Source: Fimicolochytrium jonesii | Taxonomy: Eukaryota | Reading direction: 5' to 3' | Length of the DNA stretch: 64,000 nucleotides | Assembly (NCBI RefSeq): GCF_025526975.1 | Contig: NW_026515685.1 | Span: 496,001 to 560,000 of the forward strand | In this document: piece by piece, positions 63,319 to 64,000 of the stretch | How the letters are laid out: every line of letters begins with the position of its first letter | Position numbering within the stretch: the first letter of the stretch is position 1 | Position numbers and translations under genes: made by a program | Notes under the pieces: model-generated | Told to the model about the DNA's origin: nothing | Database searches by the model: none | Seen by the model: only the letters and a program-made list of their open reading frames with translations

Positions 63319-64000
63319 CTACTCCCTCGGATAAAGCACATCATAATGGCCCGGCCGATATAGCAACACCACCTCCTTCTTTCCCTCCTGCACGTCCAAC
63401 GGCTCCAACGGTTCTATCTCATGGTAATTGACAGTCCCTGACGAATCGGTAAGCGTCGGGTCAAGGTTGGCGATGCGGACGGTGACGCCTAGGGCGGTGG
63501 CGATGGCTACTATGTGGGGTTGGTCGGCTTCGATGTTCACTTTGGGGGGGAATGGGGGTGGTTAGCAGAGCGTGAAGGGGAGGAGAGAGCAGAGGGATGG
63601 GCACTCACTAGGCTCAACTTGAGAGGAGATGAAGAGGTCGAGGGAGGGGTAGCTGTCTAGGATGAAGGCTTCGAAGAGGTCTCGGTTCTAGCAACGGTGC
63701 GATGTGTGATGAGAAAATTTTCCCATCGCTTCTTCCCATGCCGCACCCCACACCGCACCATAACCCACCTTCTTCAAAACAGCAGCAGTGACCAATCTCA
63801 AATAACACACAATCGTATCACTCACATACTCCGTCCGCATCTTCTCCAACAACGTTTCCCCACCCTCCCCACCCTCCGTCTGTCCTCCCTCTTCCCCCAC
63901 CGGCCTTAACACCCCCTCAAAAACCTCCCAAAAATCCTCCAGCAACCCCACATCATACCCGACCTCGCCCAGCACGCCCCTTGTCCCCTCCGCCCGCTTC
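63319..64000 (-). CDS. otubain-family deubiquitinase, 3' part (runs off the window edge)
   Basis: SDTIVCYLRLVTAA, EADQPHIVAIATALGVTVRIANLD and LLYRPGHYDVLY. Confidence 0.9.

Overview
Gene-dense, intron-rich eukaryotic DNA with GT-AG introns, most consistent with a flagellated early-diverging fungus (chytrid-like): fungal-type ERG6, HIS1, SIP5 and group I G-alpha occur together with a cilium/centriole-associated CSTPP1 (C11orf49) homologue. About 24 protein genes were recognised by eye from motifs, mostly housekeeping: ZCCHC9-like, LSM7, CDC24-type OB protein, F-box/WD40, KUP transporter, ERG6, arrestin, GalE, REV7, EBP2, FCF2, Dabb, nucleoside hydrolase, HIS1, RPL10, SIP5, SEA4/MIOS, G-alpha, uL24m, SSO syntaxin, RBR E3 and otubain. 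The window also holds a complete Tc1 (DD34E) transposon with 27-bp TIRs, a TA duplication and one nonsense codon. An accessory island at about 29.9-34.1 kb carries a decayed F-box gene with a possible solo LTR, an intronless PD-(D/E)xK nuclease-kinase fusion and a roughly 310-bp foldback element. The most notable observations are an arrestin colinear with animal beta/visual arrestins, the nuclease-kinase gene (Crinkler/Spok-like architecture), a KUP with altered ion-binding residues, a bacterial-type GalE, and an alternation of C-rich and G-rich blocks within coding sequences. All calls rest on manual motif recognition and no searches were run. Exon boundaries are inferred, and gene coordinates span introns.
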